Shown here in pieces: positions 39,491 to 49,626 of a stretch of DNA of 54,704 nucleotides (its first letter is position 1; every line of letters starts with the position of its first letter). The notes under the pieces are model-generated. The model was not told the origin of the DNA, searched no databases, and saw only the letters and a list, made by a program, of their open reading frames with translations. Both the position numbers and the translations under genes were made by a program. Source of the stretch: a virus (lineage: Duplodnaviria > Caudoviricetes); IMG/VR virus record IMGVR_UViG_3300047578_000001, positions 1 through 54,704 of that record. The stretch is one strand, 5' to 3'.

Positions 39491-39907
39491 CTAATTATGC
39501 GGTCGGAGACCAAGTTGGATCAGTCCCTGAATGCGCCATGTATCATCGAACGGTGAATCGAACTGGGAAGGACCGAACGTCTCAAAATACGAGTGAATAT
39601 AACCAATACCCGGGACTACGGTTTGAGCAAGCCACGCTTCGTAGATAACCTCGCGGGCCTGTAGATACAAATCTTCGGCTGGGACAATGCCCTGATCGTG
39701 GTACACAGTCAATTCAATGACAGGCTTGTCCAGACGCTGTGGGTCGTTGGGGAGGCCCCCAAGCCGACGCACGTTGACAACCGGCCATGTCCTGTCATGG
39801 TCCACATCTCTCATCCATGACCCGATGGTCACAGACGGGTCTAGCCTCGCTATCAGGAGAGGGAGCACCACAGCCTGAATACGGGGCATCTTCGGCGTTA
39901 CCGCCAT
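39491..39907 (-). CDS. Tail terminator
   Basis: MPRIQ.VVLP; WRIQGLIQLGLRP. Confidence 0.85.
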   Translation of the reverse strand: MAVTPKMPRIQAVVLPLLIARLDPSVTIGSWMRDVDHDRTWPVVNVRRLGGLPNDPQRLDKPVIELTVYHDQGIVPAEDLYLQAREVIYEAWLAQTVVPGIGYIHSYFETFGPSQFDSPFDDTWRIQGLIQLGLRPHN

Positions 39908-39916
39908 GTCTACCTC

Positions 39917-40222
39917 CTATAGCAGACTGGTCATGATGTACAAACCCTGGACATAACCACCACGATGGTTGCGGTGACCAAACTCGACACTGAGAGGGGC
40001 AGACCCCTCCAGGCTGATCAGGTAATCCAGGAACCCATACTTCATTGATGTTCGCTTCTCGATCACAATCTTATGGTCGCCTGTCTTGCGGTGTGCTGCC
40101 AGGCGGGCCTCTGCAATCCTGCCCAGTCGATGAGCCTGCTTTCGGACTTCCGCCTGAACCTCGGATTGCGGAGCGATAATCTTGTTCATGGCCTTTCGGC
40201 CGATCAACCTCACAGCAACCAT
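39917..40222 (-). CDS. Head-tail connector region protein
   Basis: SVEFGH...GLYIMT; synteny. Confidence 0.75.
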   Translation of the reverse strand: MVAVRLIGRKAMNKIIAPQSEVQAEVRKQAHRLGRIAEARLAAHRKTGDHKIVIEKRTSMKYGFLDYLISLEGSAPLSVEFGHRNHRGGYVQGLYIMTSLL

Positions 40223-40223
40223 C

Positions 40224-40577
40224 TTAGTTCCTACGGATGATATAGTCAGTGTGGGCAGTTGTGTTGGACCCGTTGTACCTACGGGGCTTACCAATAATGG
40301 ACCACCTCACACCAAGCCACTCGACCTGGGCCTGAGCCCCGATCACCATAGTGAAAGACCTCGGAAGCCTGAGACGATAAACCTGCTCGGACTCGAACCC
40401 CTCGTTGTCCTGCTCGGCACGGCGCGCAGAAGTACCAGACTGCGCAGCCAACTGAACGGCTGCGATGGTTTCTACTCCTGTTGGCCCTGCCTTGGTGATT
40501 GTATTTCCATCCGAGTCGGTAGTCTCGATCTCTTGGTAGATGGTTACTATCTCTCGTCCTGTGTCTAGAAGGCTCAT
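40224..40577 (-). CDS. Head-to-tail stopper
   Basis: MSLLD; QSGTSARRAEQDNEGF. Confidence 0.85.
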   Translation of the reverse strand: MSLLDTGREIVTIYQEIETTDSDGNTITKAGPTGVETIAAVQLAAQSGTSARRAEQDNEGFESEQVYRLRLPRSFTMVIGAQAQVEWLGVRWSIIGKPRRYNGSNTTAHTDYIIRRN

Positions 40578-40996
40578 GCTGGCCAACTCCCAATATCTTC
40601 CCACGGGTACGGTGGGTAACAACGTCCTGGGTAAGGACCGATATATGGCCGGATGACATAAGCTCCCGCGCGGACACCCAGAAGTGCCCACTCGGCTGCC
40701 AAGATGTCGATACGCCCCGAGGCGACCTTGACACTGATCTGGTAGGAGTAGTTGCCATCTGTTTCAGCGGTGTACCCCTCTGGGTTTCGGATCAGTCGAA
40801 GGATCGCTTCGGCTTCAACCATGATGACTACTTCGACATCCAGGGTTCCGTCTGCCACAAGGGTATCCAGATCAGGAAGCCGGTTACGGATGATTAGCTC
40901 AACGTCGTTCAGGCGGGTCTGTACAATCTGGGTTTCCCCGGCTTCCAGTGGCCTGCCCAGCCGATCGATGACGTCTTGGACTGACGCATAGCTCAC
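40574..40996 (-). CDS. Head-to-tail adaptor
   Basis: YAS..DV; RNPEGY..ETDGNYSY. Confidence 0.88.
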   Translation of the reverse strand: MSYASVQDVIDRLGRPLEAGETQIVQTRLNDVELIIRNRLPDLDTLVADGTLDVEVVIMVEAEAILRLIRNPEGYTAETDGNYSYQISVKVASGRIDILAAEWALLGVRAGAYVIRPYIGPYPGRCYPPYPWEDIGSWPA

Positions 40997-41005
40997 TGGA
41001 ACTCC

Positions 41006-41227
41006 TTAGAACGTGGTGGGACGGAGAACAGAACGAATCAGGGCCATGAAACCGGTCTGGAGATCGGTACGACCAATCGAGGCCCAGCGCTTGTCGGTGT
41101 CCTCGCGGGCAAACACAGCATCCACATGGTCACCCACGAGCTGTGCCAACTCTTTCAGCTCGTTCGCGATACGGAGTTCCTCGTCGGACAGTTCTCGATA
41201 GCCCGTAATGGGCGCAGTCTTAGTCAT
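41006..41227 (-). CDS. acb2: Acb2-like anti-CBASS cyclic-nucleotide sponge
   Basis: ITGYRELSDEE...N.LKE...RW.SIGRTDLQTGFMALIRSV.RP..F matches the Acb2/T4 Vs.4 signature. Confidence 0.85.
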   Translation of the reverse strand: MTKTAPITGYRELSDEELRIANELKELAQLVGDHVDAVFAREDTDKRWASIGRTDLQTGFMALIRSVLRPTTF

Positions 41228-41408
41228 TGGTTTCTTTCTGCTTGGGGGGACGACCCCGCTTCTTGGGCGCAACAGGCCCTGAGATCGTCTGTACGGACTC
41301 GGGAACCTCTTTGAGGTAATACCACCCGTCTTGCTCTACTAGGCGCTTAGCGGTCTTCTCAGAGGCCTCTACGACCACACCGTTGCCACTTCGGATCTTA
41401 ACTCCCAT
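41220..41408 (-). CDS. Small hypothetical head-region protein with KKRGRP motif
   Basis: Overlap-coupled ORF. Confidence 0.6.
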   Translation of the reverse strand: MGVKIRSGNGVVVEASEKTAKRLVEQDGWYYLKEVPESVQTISGPVAPKKRGRPPKQKETND

Positions 41409-42363
41409 CGACAAGCCTTTCGAGTTCGGAGACCCAGGCCAACATTTCGACCTTGGGATCTAGTTCTGCCGACCTCTTCAAGGCAAGCTCGGAAGCTGCC
41501 TCCCACTCCTCGGGTTGCAAGAGTCGTCGGATTTCGGATTCATACGCGTCCAGATCATCACGGTCAACAAAGATGCCGTGTTCACCTTGTGACTCCAGGA
41601 GTCCCAGAGTTGGGTGGCAAATAACCGGAATCCCCGAGGCGTTTGCCTCGACACCAGCCATACCATACGACTCGTAAACCGAGGGCATCAGGAGAATCTT
41701 GGTCTTGGACCACACCTCATCACGCATCTTGTCTGTGTGCTTGACGAAGTCCACGTTGTTCAAGTCTGGGGGTGGCATGATCTGTGTGCCATGTCCTCCT
41801 TCGACCGCCAGGAACTCCACATCTGGCATTCGACGCGCAAGCGCATACAGGATCTGTGAACCCTTGTGTTCGTTCAGGTTGACCAGGGTCACCTTGTTAC
41901 CAGGAATCGTCCTGTGCTGGTCTGGGAACACAGGGGGATGAACAATCATGGATCGCATCCCTAGGCGTTCTAGTTTATATTTCAACCATTCCGAGTTGAA
42001 CACCACGAACTCTGGCTGTAGGTCGAACACCTGTTCCACGCCGTGCATGTCATTGTGGCACAAGAAGACCAGTGGAATTCCCATCTTCTTGGCGATGTTG
42101 TTCGCACGGATCGTGTTATCGTGGTGGGTGATGATCACATCAGGCTTCCACGTGATGATATTCTGTCGTGCATAGATAATGTTGGTGACGATAACCTCTA
42201 CACCCTCGTACTCATAATGTACCGGGGCTTCGGGCATCACCGTTGCGAAGACCACAACTTCATGGCCTGCCGCAAGAAGTTCCTTCGTCATGGAGTGGAG
42301 CATCGTTTCGGAGCCCGCACACCTAAAAGGAACGTAGAAATGTACTAGAACTGCTACACGCAT
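41398..42363 (-). CDS. Glycosyltransferase (GT-B, GT4-like)
   Basis: AGSE..LH; HKG; LMPS.YESYGMAGVEA.ASGIPVI. Confidence 0.9.
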   Translation of the reverse strand: MRVAVLVHFYVPFRCAGSETMLHSMTKELLAAGHEVVVFATVMPEAPVHYEYEGVEVIVTNIIYARQNIITWKPDVIITHHDNTIRANNIAKKMGIPLVFLCHNDMHGVEQVFDLQPEFVVFNSEWLKYKLERLGMRSMIVHPPVFPDQHRTIPGNKVTLVNLNEHKGSQILYALARRMPDVEFLAVEGGHGTQIMPPPDLNNVDFVKHTDKMRDEVWSKTKILLMPSVYESYGMAGVEANASGIPVICHPTLGLLESQGEHGIFVDRDDLDAYESEIRRLLQPEEWEAASELALKRSAELDPKVEMLAWVSELERLVDGS

Positions 42364-42387
42364 TGGCGGACTCCTTGTACGCCCCAA

Positions 42388-42413
42388 GGAGGGGACCCGA
42401 AGGCCCCCTCCTC
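42388..42413 (-). terminator. Hairpin after major capsid gene
   Basis: GGAGGGGGCC-TTCG-GGTCCCCTCC on the - strand. Confidence 0.55.
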
Positions 42414-42424
42414 AAGACTATGGA

Positions 42425-43423
42425 TTAGCTACCCGATGGGTTCGTGAACTTCACGAAGCCGTCCAGGTTACCCACGATCCAACCGAAGGTTACCTCGATC
42501 AGCAGGGCAATCTGGTTGGTCTGCCACATGGAGATGCTCGACACACCATCCGTCAGTGTGGCCTGATCCGAAATCTTGATTCGGACCTCGTCCGCAAAGC
42601 CCCATCGGAGCTGGGAGAAGTCTCCACCAATGATCTGGGTCGTGCTGGCCGTAGCCGCACCCAGGTCACCACGAACAGCCTTGCCGTACTCCGCAGGGAA
42701 GCCGAGGATGTTGCCTCGGGTCGCCGTGAAGTTGATCCCAGCCGGGTTCACCAGGTTACCGTTCGCATCGCGCTCGGCACCCTCACGAATCAGGCGTGCA
42801 CGGAATCGGGTGTCAACAGCCCAACCATCGAAGTCCGTCTCGGGGTCAATCATCTCGTAGCCCGCGATCAGCTCGTCATACAGGTTCCCAGGACCCGGCA
42901 CGGTGTCCAGGTTCACCACGTTGGTGGTGTTGTTGAGAACGTTGGTAGACGTAATACCCTGAAGCGCAGCTCCCGTCAGAGGCTGCTTACCGTGGAAGAC
43001 CGCGAGGTCGATACCACGCCCGATCGCGAGAGCCATATCCGACTGAATCTTGCTGTAGAACCCCTGCGGGTTGGTACGAGCAAACTCCTCGGACACGGTC
43101 ACGATCGTGGCCAGCTTGATCGGGCTGAAGGACTGGGTATCCCACGCAACACCCGACAGTGGCTTGGTACCACCCTCACGGAGTGCGTTGGTCGTACCAG
43201 TACCAACCTGGCCAACCTCGGGACGCTTCGTCTGAACCGGGATAACCGTCTCACCGTACGAGACGGGGATACGCTCACCCAGACGAAGCACAAGCGAAGT
43301 CTCCTGCGCCTGCTCGAAAATAGCCCCTACGATCTCTGGGGGCAGCAGGTCATCCGGAACATACGCAAGACGACCCTGGTGGTCGTTGGTAGTATTCGGA
43401 GCAAGCTCATTGATCATTGCCAT
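42425..43423 (-). CDS. Major capsid protein (HK97 fold, L5-like)
   Basis: PIKLATIVTVSEEFAR.NP; AIGRGIDLAVFHG; WQTNQIA.LIEVTFGW. Confidence 0.95.
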   Translation of the reverse strand: MAMINELAPNTTNDHQGRLAYVPDDLLPPEIVGAIFEQAQETSLVLRLGERIPVSYGETVIPVQTKRPEVGQVGTGTTNALREGGTKPLSGVAWDTQSFSPIKLATIVTVSEEFARTNPQGFYSKIQSDMALAIGRGIDLAVFHGKQPLTGAALQGITSTNVLNNTTNVVNLDTVPGPGNLYDELIAGYEMIDPETDFDGWAVDTRFRARLIREGAERDANGNLVNPAGINFTATRGNILGFPAEYGKAVRGDLGAATASTTQIIGGDFSQLRWGFADEVRIKISDQATLTDGVSSISMWQTNQIALLIEVTFGWIVGNLDGFVKFTNPSGS

Positions 43424-43435
43424 TTCGGCGTTTCC

Positions 43436-43933
43436 TTACCTAGTGATTTTACTTTGGACCATGTCGGCAAACAGCTCACCGGGGGTCTTCACGCCACTTG
43501 CGCTACCACCCGCACTCTGGGTCCGATCGGTTGCACGCTGCCTTCCGACAGGAGTACCGAACATCTCCTTGAGCTGTTTCGCGTGTGCGTTCAGCTCGTC
43601 TTCAGTGCTTCCCTGGAGCAAATCTGCAAAAGCCACGGCCTGTTCACCCGGAACATCAGCCGCAATGGCAACCTTGAGCTTGGTAAGCCCAGTCACCGCG
43701 TTGTCACGTTCCCCCATGATGGAGGTCTTCTCCTGAGACAAAGCCTGGAGTTGCCTGTCGTACTCGACCTTGGCTTCAGCCTTCGCCTCATCGGCGGCAG
43801 ACTGGGCCTTGACTCGGTACTTCGCAGCTTCGGCGTTAGCCTCAGCAATAGCCCGACGACCCCATTCCGGAAGTTCAGCAGTATTACCCTGAGTACCGGT
43901 CTGGTCGTTGGCGGACTTGTTATCGTCGGACAT
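43436..43933 (-). CDS. Scaffolding protein
   Basis: EAAKYRV; LQGSTEDEL; upstream of capsid. Confidence 0.85.
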   Translation of the reverse strand: MSDDNKSANDQTGTQGNTAELPEWGRRAIAEANAEAAKYRVKAQSAADEAKAEAKVEYDRQLQALSQEKTSIMGERDNAVTGLTKLKVAIAADVPGEQAVAFADLLQGSTEDELNAHAKQLKEMFGTPVGRQRATDRTQSAGGSASGVKTPGELFADMVQSKITR

Positions 43934-43976
43934 GTCCCCTCCTGGGGGGTGTTGTTGGGATCGGCTCCAGGCCGAT

Positions 43977-44771
43977 CTACTTTACTACTGCAAACTCTTC
44001 TGGATCGACTTGGTTGTCTTCGATAGCACGGCGAAACGCGTTAAGAGCATCCCGCCCGGAGAAACCCTTAGTTGCTTCAATCCATGTATCCCTTGCTGCC
44101 AGGTAATCATCCCTGCCTTGCCAGTTCATCCGGTCAAAGACCGGAACAACCTTGCAGTCACAATTGGGATGGAACCTGGTCATCAGCTCGTTGAACGCTT
44201 CTGTGTCGTTCTCGTCCAGAATGTCAAGGGCGGTTGTGTCGTCCGTGTTCAGACCAGCCGACTCTGCGGACTGGTAGACCGGACCTCGTGACACCAACAT
44301 CAAGCAGAAACCACAGGTCTCACGGCCCGTTGCCACACGAGCCCAACCCAATGCGAAACCGTCTGATTCGACCGCGTTTCGAATGGTCTTGCGACCACCA
44401 TTTTCTACCTCCTTGACCGCCCGGAACCCCGCCTGGATCGCTTGACCCGTGGTGGTGTTACCCGACTGAAACGGCTTCTTCGACGGGAACATTGCTTCGT
44501 AGAACCAGTCGTATTCGTATGCTGGAAGATCGATGTCGAACCTGTCGTCATCTCCTGTATGGTTCTTCCGCTGGGTATCGTAATACTCCCGTGCGAGCAA
44601 AGCACTTTCCGTCCGGGCTTGATTGACCAGAGGGAAAATGCTTTGCACGATATCAGCCCACACCTGCGAAGTGAGTGGAATAAACAAAAACGGGAGAAGT
44701 ACTTGCAGTACCAACCGCATTACGCGGGCAGAGATACTACGCTGTCTTTTGTGAAGCTGGGTTAGCAGCAT
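43977..44771 (-). CDS. Capsid maturation/MuF-like protein
   Basis: GWARVATGRETC.FCLMLVSRGPVY; FHPNCDC; start uncertain. Confidence 0.85.
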   Translation of the reverse strand: MLLTQLHKRQRSISARVMRLVLQVLLPFLFIPLTSQVWADIVQSIFPLVNQARTESALLAREYYDTQRKNHTGDDDRFDIDLPAYEYDWFYEAMFPSKKPFQSGNTTTGQAIQAGFRAVKEVENGGRKTIRNAVESDGFALGWARVATGRETCGFCLMLVSRGPVYQSAESAGLNTDDTTALDILDENDTEAFNELMTRFHPNCDCKVVPVFDRMNWQGRDDYLAARDTWIEATKGFSGRDALNAFRRAIEDNQVDPEEFAVVK

Positions 44772-46140
44772 TAGGATCAACCTTGCCGATCTGCTCATTG
44801 GCCTTCGCAGTGCCATCAAGCAGCAAGGAGTTCATCTGGGCTACGGGATCATCCTTATCCCACTGACGCATCTGCTTGCGCTGAACGTCGGAATAACCCA
44901 TCTCGATACGAGCCTGCTCAACCGGAATGATTCCAGCCTGCTGGAGCTTGACAACACCATCAGACTTAGCCGCGAAGGTAGGAGTCGAAGGATCACGCCA
45001 CACCGATTCGAGCTGATAAGCATCCTTCGGAATCGAACCGTCCATGACCAACATGCCGAGCCGCATGGTGTCTTCCCATGCCTGACCAAACATACGGGCC
45101 TTGCGTTCCGTCTTTTTGACCAAACGCGACTCGGCCGACTTGATGGCCTCAGCACTTGCCGGGTTCTCCGAAGAGAACGACAAATACTGTGGTGGAAGAC
45201 CCGTGTACGACGCTACCTGCTTGGCCAGTTCCTGGAGGGACTCGGTAAAGTTCCGCAGATCCGCAGCAGAAAATTGCATACCCTTGCCGTTCTCATTCTC
45301 GAACGCCAAGATACGTGCCATGTATGCTTCCATAGCCGCACCTGGGTTATCAGGGTCTGTAGGTAGTTCGTCTCGATCGATGCCAAACAGCACACGCTGT
45401 GGAATGGCCATGAGTTCAGAAGCAGTCTGGAGGTTCATCATGATCCTGGACGCCGCATCCGTTGCCGAACGAAGCTCAGGGGTAATCTCAGACTTGCCGT
45501 AGGACTCTGTGAGCCTTTCACGGTTGACCAACTGGGTTGCCAACACACGGTCAAGATCGTGCTGGATAACCTCGTCAACCTTCCACTGTGCAAACGGTCC
45601 ACCACGGGCTAGGTACACAGTCCTGTCGGGCAGGAGCAGCGTAGCCATATCCTCCTTGGGAATGGTGGGATGCTTGTACAGGCGAAGGCCTTCGTCCAAC
45701 TTCTTGGTGCGCTTGTTCTGCTTCGCGATGAAATTGAACGGGGACTCCACGCGGATAATCGGGATGTCCGGGTTGTCATCGTCGTCGCCAGGCGCGGCAA
45801 CCGTGATATAAGCAACACCATGAATCATGGCTTCCAGGTGACCCAGGCCGGACTCAGCATCAAGGAAGTTGGCTTGCCACCACGAGCGCAGGCGCTCATC
45901 GACTTCAGCCTGATCCGCATTGCGGAAATCTTCCAGGTCCAGCCTCTCTTCGAGACTGTCAAGATACATTCGGGGCCAACCAATAGCCGCCGTCATGTGT
46001 CGAAGCTCGGGAGGGGTTGACAATCCCAGCGCCTTGAGACGGTATTCCGACTCGTAATAAGCCTGGTTCTCCTTGAGACGGCCCTTTCGGCCGTTCAATG
46101 CGTTTACCAGATCGTCTACTGTCTTATCGTATTCGCTCAT
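44737..46140 (-). CDS. Portal protein
   Basis: WWQAN.LD; SENPASAEAI; WRDPSTPT. Confidence 0.95.
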   Translation of the reverse strand: MSEYDKTVDDLVNALNGRKGRLKENQAYYESEYRLKALGLSTPPELRHMTAAIGWPRMYLDSLEERLDLEDFRNADQAEVDERLRSWWQANFLDAESGLGHLEAMIHGVAYITVAAPGDDDDNPDIPIIRVESPFNFIAKQNKRTKKLDEGLRLYKHPTIPKEDMATLLLPDRTVYLARGGPFAQWKVDEVIQHDLDRVLATQLVNRERLTESYGKSEITPELRSATDAASRIMMNLQTASELMAIPQRVLFGIDRDELPTDPDNPGAAMEAYMARILAFENENGKGMQFSAADLRNFTESLQELAKQVASYTGLPPQYLSFSSENPASAEAIKSAESRLVKKTERKARMFGQAWEDTMRLGMLVMDGSIPKDAYQLESVWRDPSTPTFAAKSDGVVKLQQAGIIPVEQARIEMGYSDVQRKQMRQWDKDDPVAQMNSLLLDGTAKANEQIGKVDPNAANPASQKTA

Positions 46141-47807
46141 CGCAGGATTGCAACTCCCTTCTTCTTATTTGACTTGCTCATCAGGAACTCCTGTCGGGAT
46201 CCAAAAGCCAACACCGCACAGACTGCGGCATCAATCTTCCGCGATGAGTCCTTGGTGGCCTTACTGATGGAGATCCCAAAATTATTTGGACGCCGGATGG
46301 CGTTCAATACATGTCGTCGAAGCGCGACGTCGCCGTTGTGGACCAGTTCTTGTTCAAGAACCGCATCCTGGAAGCGCTCACAATCTAGTGTGAACGCCTT
46401 GATGTTGGACCGCATGTCATACGCAACCGGGTGCTTGGCAGTAGCCTTCAACTTCAACTTCTTGCCATACGTAGCACCCCACGCATCCACATACGATTCG
46501 AATTCCTTCACGTCAGACCTGAACCCCACGACATCGTACTGCGCGAATGCCCAGTCGACCGTGTTGTTCACATCCTCACGAGGAACCTCACCGCCGTACT
46601 TCTCGGGATTCCAAATCTTGATGGGGAATATAGCCGCATCCTGGACACGACACGCCACCAGGGCGGTCCAGTCAGACGACTTGCTACCATCAAATCCCAT
46701 TGTGATACGGTCACCAGGACGGAGGGGTTCCAGCTTGACGCCCAAGCACTTGTCCCACTCTCGCGGAGACACCCAAGCATCTTCGGCTGCGTTGATCTGG
46801 TTCAGGAACTTTCGTCGTGACTCGGTGACGTCTTCTCGGACGTCCAGGATAGATTCTACGATCGTGTCCGTGTCTAGCCAGTCCGCGTCACCCTTGCAGA
46901 TTTCCAGGCCCTCGCGGAGCCTCTGAATGGCTGCTAGGTATGCTTCCTCGTCTTCCATCAGCTCAGCAATTTCACCGACTGGTGTGTCTGCCGGGGCTTC
47001 AAGAGCGTCGTACAAGAAACCGGTCTTGACAGCCTCACCTGCTTGCTGCTGCTGCCATGCGTCCCAGTCTCGTTCCGCATCTGATTCCTCACCAGGCCGG
47101 TGAGCGTTACAGATCGACAAAGACCGACACGTACCGTAAGCACCCTTGGTGACGTTGCCTCGAATGATGTTGGCCATCTCAAGACCCTGGTTGGATTCGA
47201 TCCACCACTGGGTCTCGTTCTTGATGACAAACGTGGGACGCTTGCCCTCAAGGGCCAGAGGCGACGAGGTAACCGACTCGATCATTCCACCCGCACGCGA
47301 GTAGATGATGGTCTTGTGGACTTCCAGTCCGAACTCTTCCTTCATGGTCTTGGAGGCCATAGCCGGAAAGAGGGTGAACGTATTACGAGTCTGGTCCTGG
47401 GAAACTGCCGCAATCTGAATCCAGGCTGACGCCTTGGGCTTGCCTACAGGCTTATCCCCGTTCCAGTGACTGAACTGGACAGGACCACACAGTTCCGCAA
47501 GTGCCATAGCAGCCGCAAGCGGGTCCTTGCCCCAACCCTTGAGTCGGCGCAGAAGACCATTTCGATAGATGAACTTTCCCATACCGTCGATGGCGTACCA
47601 CCACAGTAGGAATCTGAACTGTTCTTCGGTGACAAGAAAATTCTCTCCCGCACGCGGCCCAGAAGGTTGGACCACATATTTCCACATCCAGTTGACGATT
47701 TCGTCCCCCAGAGTGTGCTCGGGGAGATAAAAGTCCCCATTTTCCAGCTTTTGCCAGGTGGGGCCAACGATGTGAGCCGGTGCAGGAGCAAGAGGTGGCG
47801 AACCCAT
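46137..47807 (-). CDS. terL: Terminase large subunit
   Basis: RRLKGWGKDP; AAVSQDQT; GFDGSKS.DWTALV; KIDAAV. Confidence 0.95.
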   Translation of the reverse strand: MGSPPLAPAPAHIVGPTWQKLENGDFYLPEHTLGDEIVNWMWKYVVQPSGPRAGENFLVTEEQFRFLLWWYAIDGMGKFIYRNGLLRRLKGWGKDPLAAAMALAELCGPVQFSHWNGDKPVGKPKASAWIQIAAVSQDQTRNTFTLFPAMASKTMKEEFGLEVHKTIIYSRAGGMIESVTSSPLALEGKRPTFVIKNETQWWIESNQGLEMANIIRGNVTKGAYGTCRSLSICNAHRPGEESDAERDWDAWQQQQAGEAVKTGFLYDALEAPADTPVGEIAELMEDEEAYLAAIQRLREGLEICKGDADWLDTDTIVESILDVREDVTESRRKFLNQINAAEDAWVSPREWDKCLGVKLEPLRPGDRITMGFDGSKSSDWTALVACRVQDAAIFPIKIWNPEKYGGEVPREDVNNTVDWAFAQYDVVGFRSDVKEFESYVDAWGATYGKKLKLKATAKHPVAYDMRSNIKAFTLDCERFQDAVLEQELVHNGDVALRRHVLNAIRRPNNFGISISKATKDSSRKIDAAVCAVLAFGSRQEFLMSKSNKKKGVAILR

Positions 47808-47816
47808 TTGTGCTCC

Positions 47817-49376
47817 TTAGCTTGAGATGGCAACCAACGGGATATAAGCGGTTACCGTGCCAACACTTGATGGCGTGAACGAACTCGGAAGGGAGGTCTG
47901 TGAAGTCAAGTAGGCTGCTCGCCTCTTGGTTTCGTTACCACCATTGATGATGTTTCCTTCTGCGGTTGCACCAACCAGACTGGCAGACGAGGGGTAAAAC
48001 AACTGAACCCCGGTCATACCACCAAGGATGAATCCTACATAACAGAACCTGGTGGTTCCCGACGCAGCAACCGGTGAGGTCAGTGTTCCAGAACGCCACC
48101 CGTTAGAGGTGTACAATGCTGGGTCGTCCGGAGTCAGGGAGAGTAGTGCTCCCGTGTCATCCCAGATACCGAGCTGGTTCGGAACACCGTTGGCAGAATA
48201 CGATCCTGCGGTCGACACAGCAATCCATACCTTGTTTATTGCCTTGCCTGCCTGGATTGGTAGACGGATAAGCGAAGCATCCCCGTTACCAACCCCGGAT
48301 CGGGTCATCCAATACAAGGGGTCACCGCTCCACGCAGCAAACCCGTTGAAATCGGACTGCGACAACGGAGCAGATCCACCAGACGGGGTTGCCCACTTCA
48401 CACCACTTGAGGTGCTGGAATCAGCAGTCAATACCTGGTCATTAGACCCAACCCCAACTCGGGATGCTGTGTTGGAAGCGGTTGCAACCACCAAGTCACC
48501 CTTGGTGGTCAGCAAAGACTGAGGAACACCATTATGGGTGTGGTCTTCCCTGGAAGAGGCTGTTCCTGTACCGGCTGAGTTAGACTGCCCCACAACCAGC
48601 GCAGCAACATCACTGAGAGCCGGAATGGTGGGCTTACCAGTCAGACTCGCGTACGTACCGGCCGTAGCAACCGGGGCTGCGTCAGCTTCCTTGAGATACT
48701 GGGTATGCGGGTCTGCGGCTGCGACGTGCGCAGCCAGAAGCCCGGATGCAACCCCGGTATTCTCCTTGGTGGCCAAACCAACAGTCAGTGCGGTGTTGGT
48801 CGCGTAGTCACCAGAAGCTTGCTTGGAGTCCAACGCGGTCTGTAGACCCGTGACATTCGAAATAACATGGGTGTGGATCAGCGCAGCATACCTGGTATCA
48901 CCCCGTGTATTGGTCAAGTACTGTGTGTGATCATCATCTGCAAGACCGGTCAATTCGCCGTGGTCGGTAACACCACCACCCCCACCGCCTGGCAAATCAA
49001 TATTGCCGTAGGCGTCGGGGAAATACCCATCAACACTGCGCACCGGATCGTACAGATCAGGGTCTGGAAGAAGCATTCCTACAGCATCAGGGAGGTTCAG
49101 GGCTACGCCTGTCTCGACCTCGATCACCTTGGTAGCCCTGTACAGCTCTGAGAGCCTCATAGAGACCTGGTAGGTCCCTGCGGGCAGGGTTTGGTTCAAC
49201 TGACCGGCTGGGACGTCTACAACCGTCTTGACAGGCAGCACGACCCCGTCTGGGTCGTCTGGGATCTCGATGGATTCCAAGAGGAGGAACACGATGGTGC
49301 CGACAGCCAACGCCCCTGCTGGGGTGTACCAGGTGCCGGTCACAGTGCCGGTAGGCACGGAGGCTGGAAGGGCCAT
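47817..49376 (-). CDS. Fibre-like minor structural protein upstream of terminase
   Basis: HTHVISNVTGLQTALD and DPHTQYL fibre motifs; TTKGDL..ADS...GVKW. Confidence 0.7.
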   Translation of the reverse strand: MALPASVPTGTVTGTWYTPAGALAVGTIVFLLLESIEIPDDPDGVVLPVKTVVDVPAGQLNQTLPAGTYQVSMRLSELYRATKVIEVETGVALNLPDAVGMLLPDPDLYDPVRSVDGYFPDAYGNIDLPGGGGGGVTDHGELTGLADDDHTQYLTNTRGDTRYAALIHTHVISNVTGLQTALDSKQASGDYATNTALTVGLATKENTGVASGLLAAHVAAADPHTQYLKEADAAPVATAGTYASLTGKPTIPALSDVAALVVGQSNSAGTGTASSREDHTHNGVPQSLLTTKGDLVVATASNTASRVGVGSNDQVLTADSSTSSGVKWATPSGGSAPLSQSDFNGFAAWSGDPLYWMTRSGVGNGDASLIRLPIQAGKAINKVWIAVSTAGSYSANGVPNQLGIWDDTGALLSLTPDDPALYTSNGWRSGTLTSPVAASGTTRFCYVGFILGGMTGVQLFYPSSASLVGATAEGNIINGGNETKRRAAYLTSQTSLPSSFTPSSVGTVTAYIPLVAISS

Positions 49377-49420
49377 GATGATCCATTCTGAGTTCTTAGC
49401 GATGACTGAAACTATCGACG

Positions 49421-49493
49421 TGCGGGAGGCGGGACTCGAACCCACGGCTTCCTGTTCCCAAAACAGGCACTCTGCCTACTGAGCTACACCCAC
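49421..49493 (-). tRNA. tRNA-Pro(TGG)
   Basis: Anticodon arm CCTGT-TTTGGGA-ACAGG; GTTCGAGT T loop. Confidence 0.8.
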
Positions 49494-49549
49494 AGCGTGT
49501 TCATTTTTGGTGCTGTTCAGAAAACTTGAACACACAGCTTTTCTGAACA

Positions 49550-49624
49550 TGGCGGGGCCAGGAGGACTCGAACCTCCAACCGCGCTTTTGGAGAGCGCTA
49601 TTTTTCCACCTAAACTATGTCCCC
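49550..49624 (-). tRNA. tRNA-Trp(CCA)
   Basis: GCGCT-CTCCAAA-AGCGC; encoded CCA end. Confidence 0.88.
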
Positions 49625-49626
49625 GT

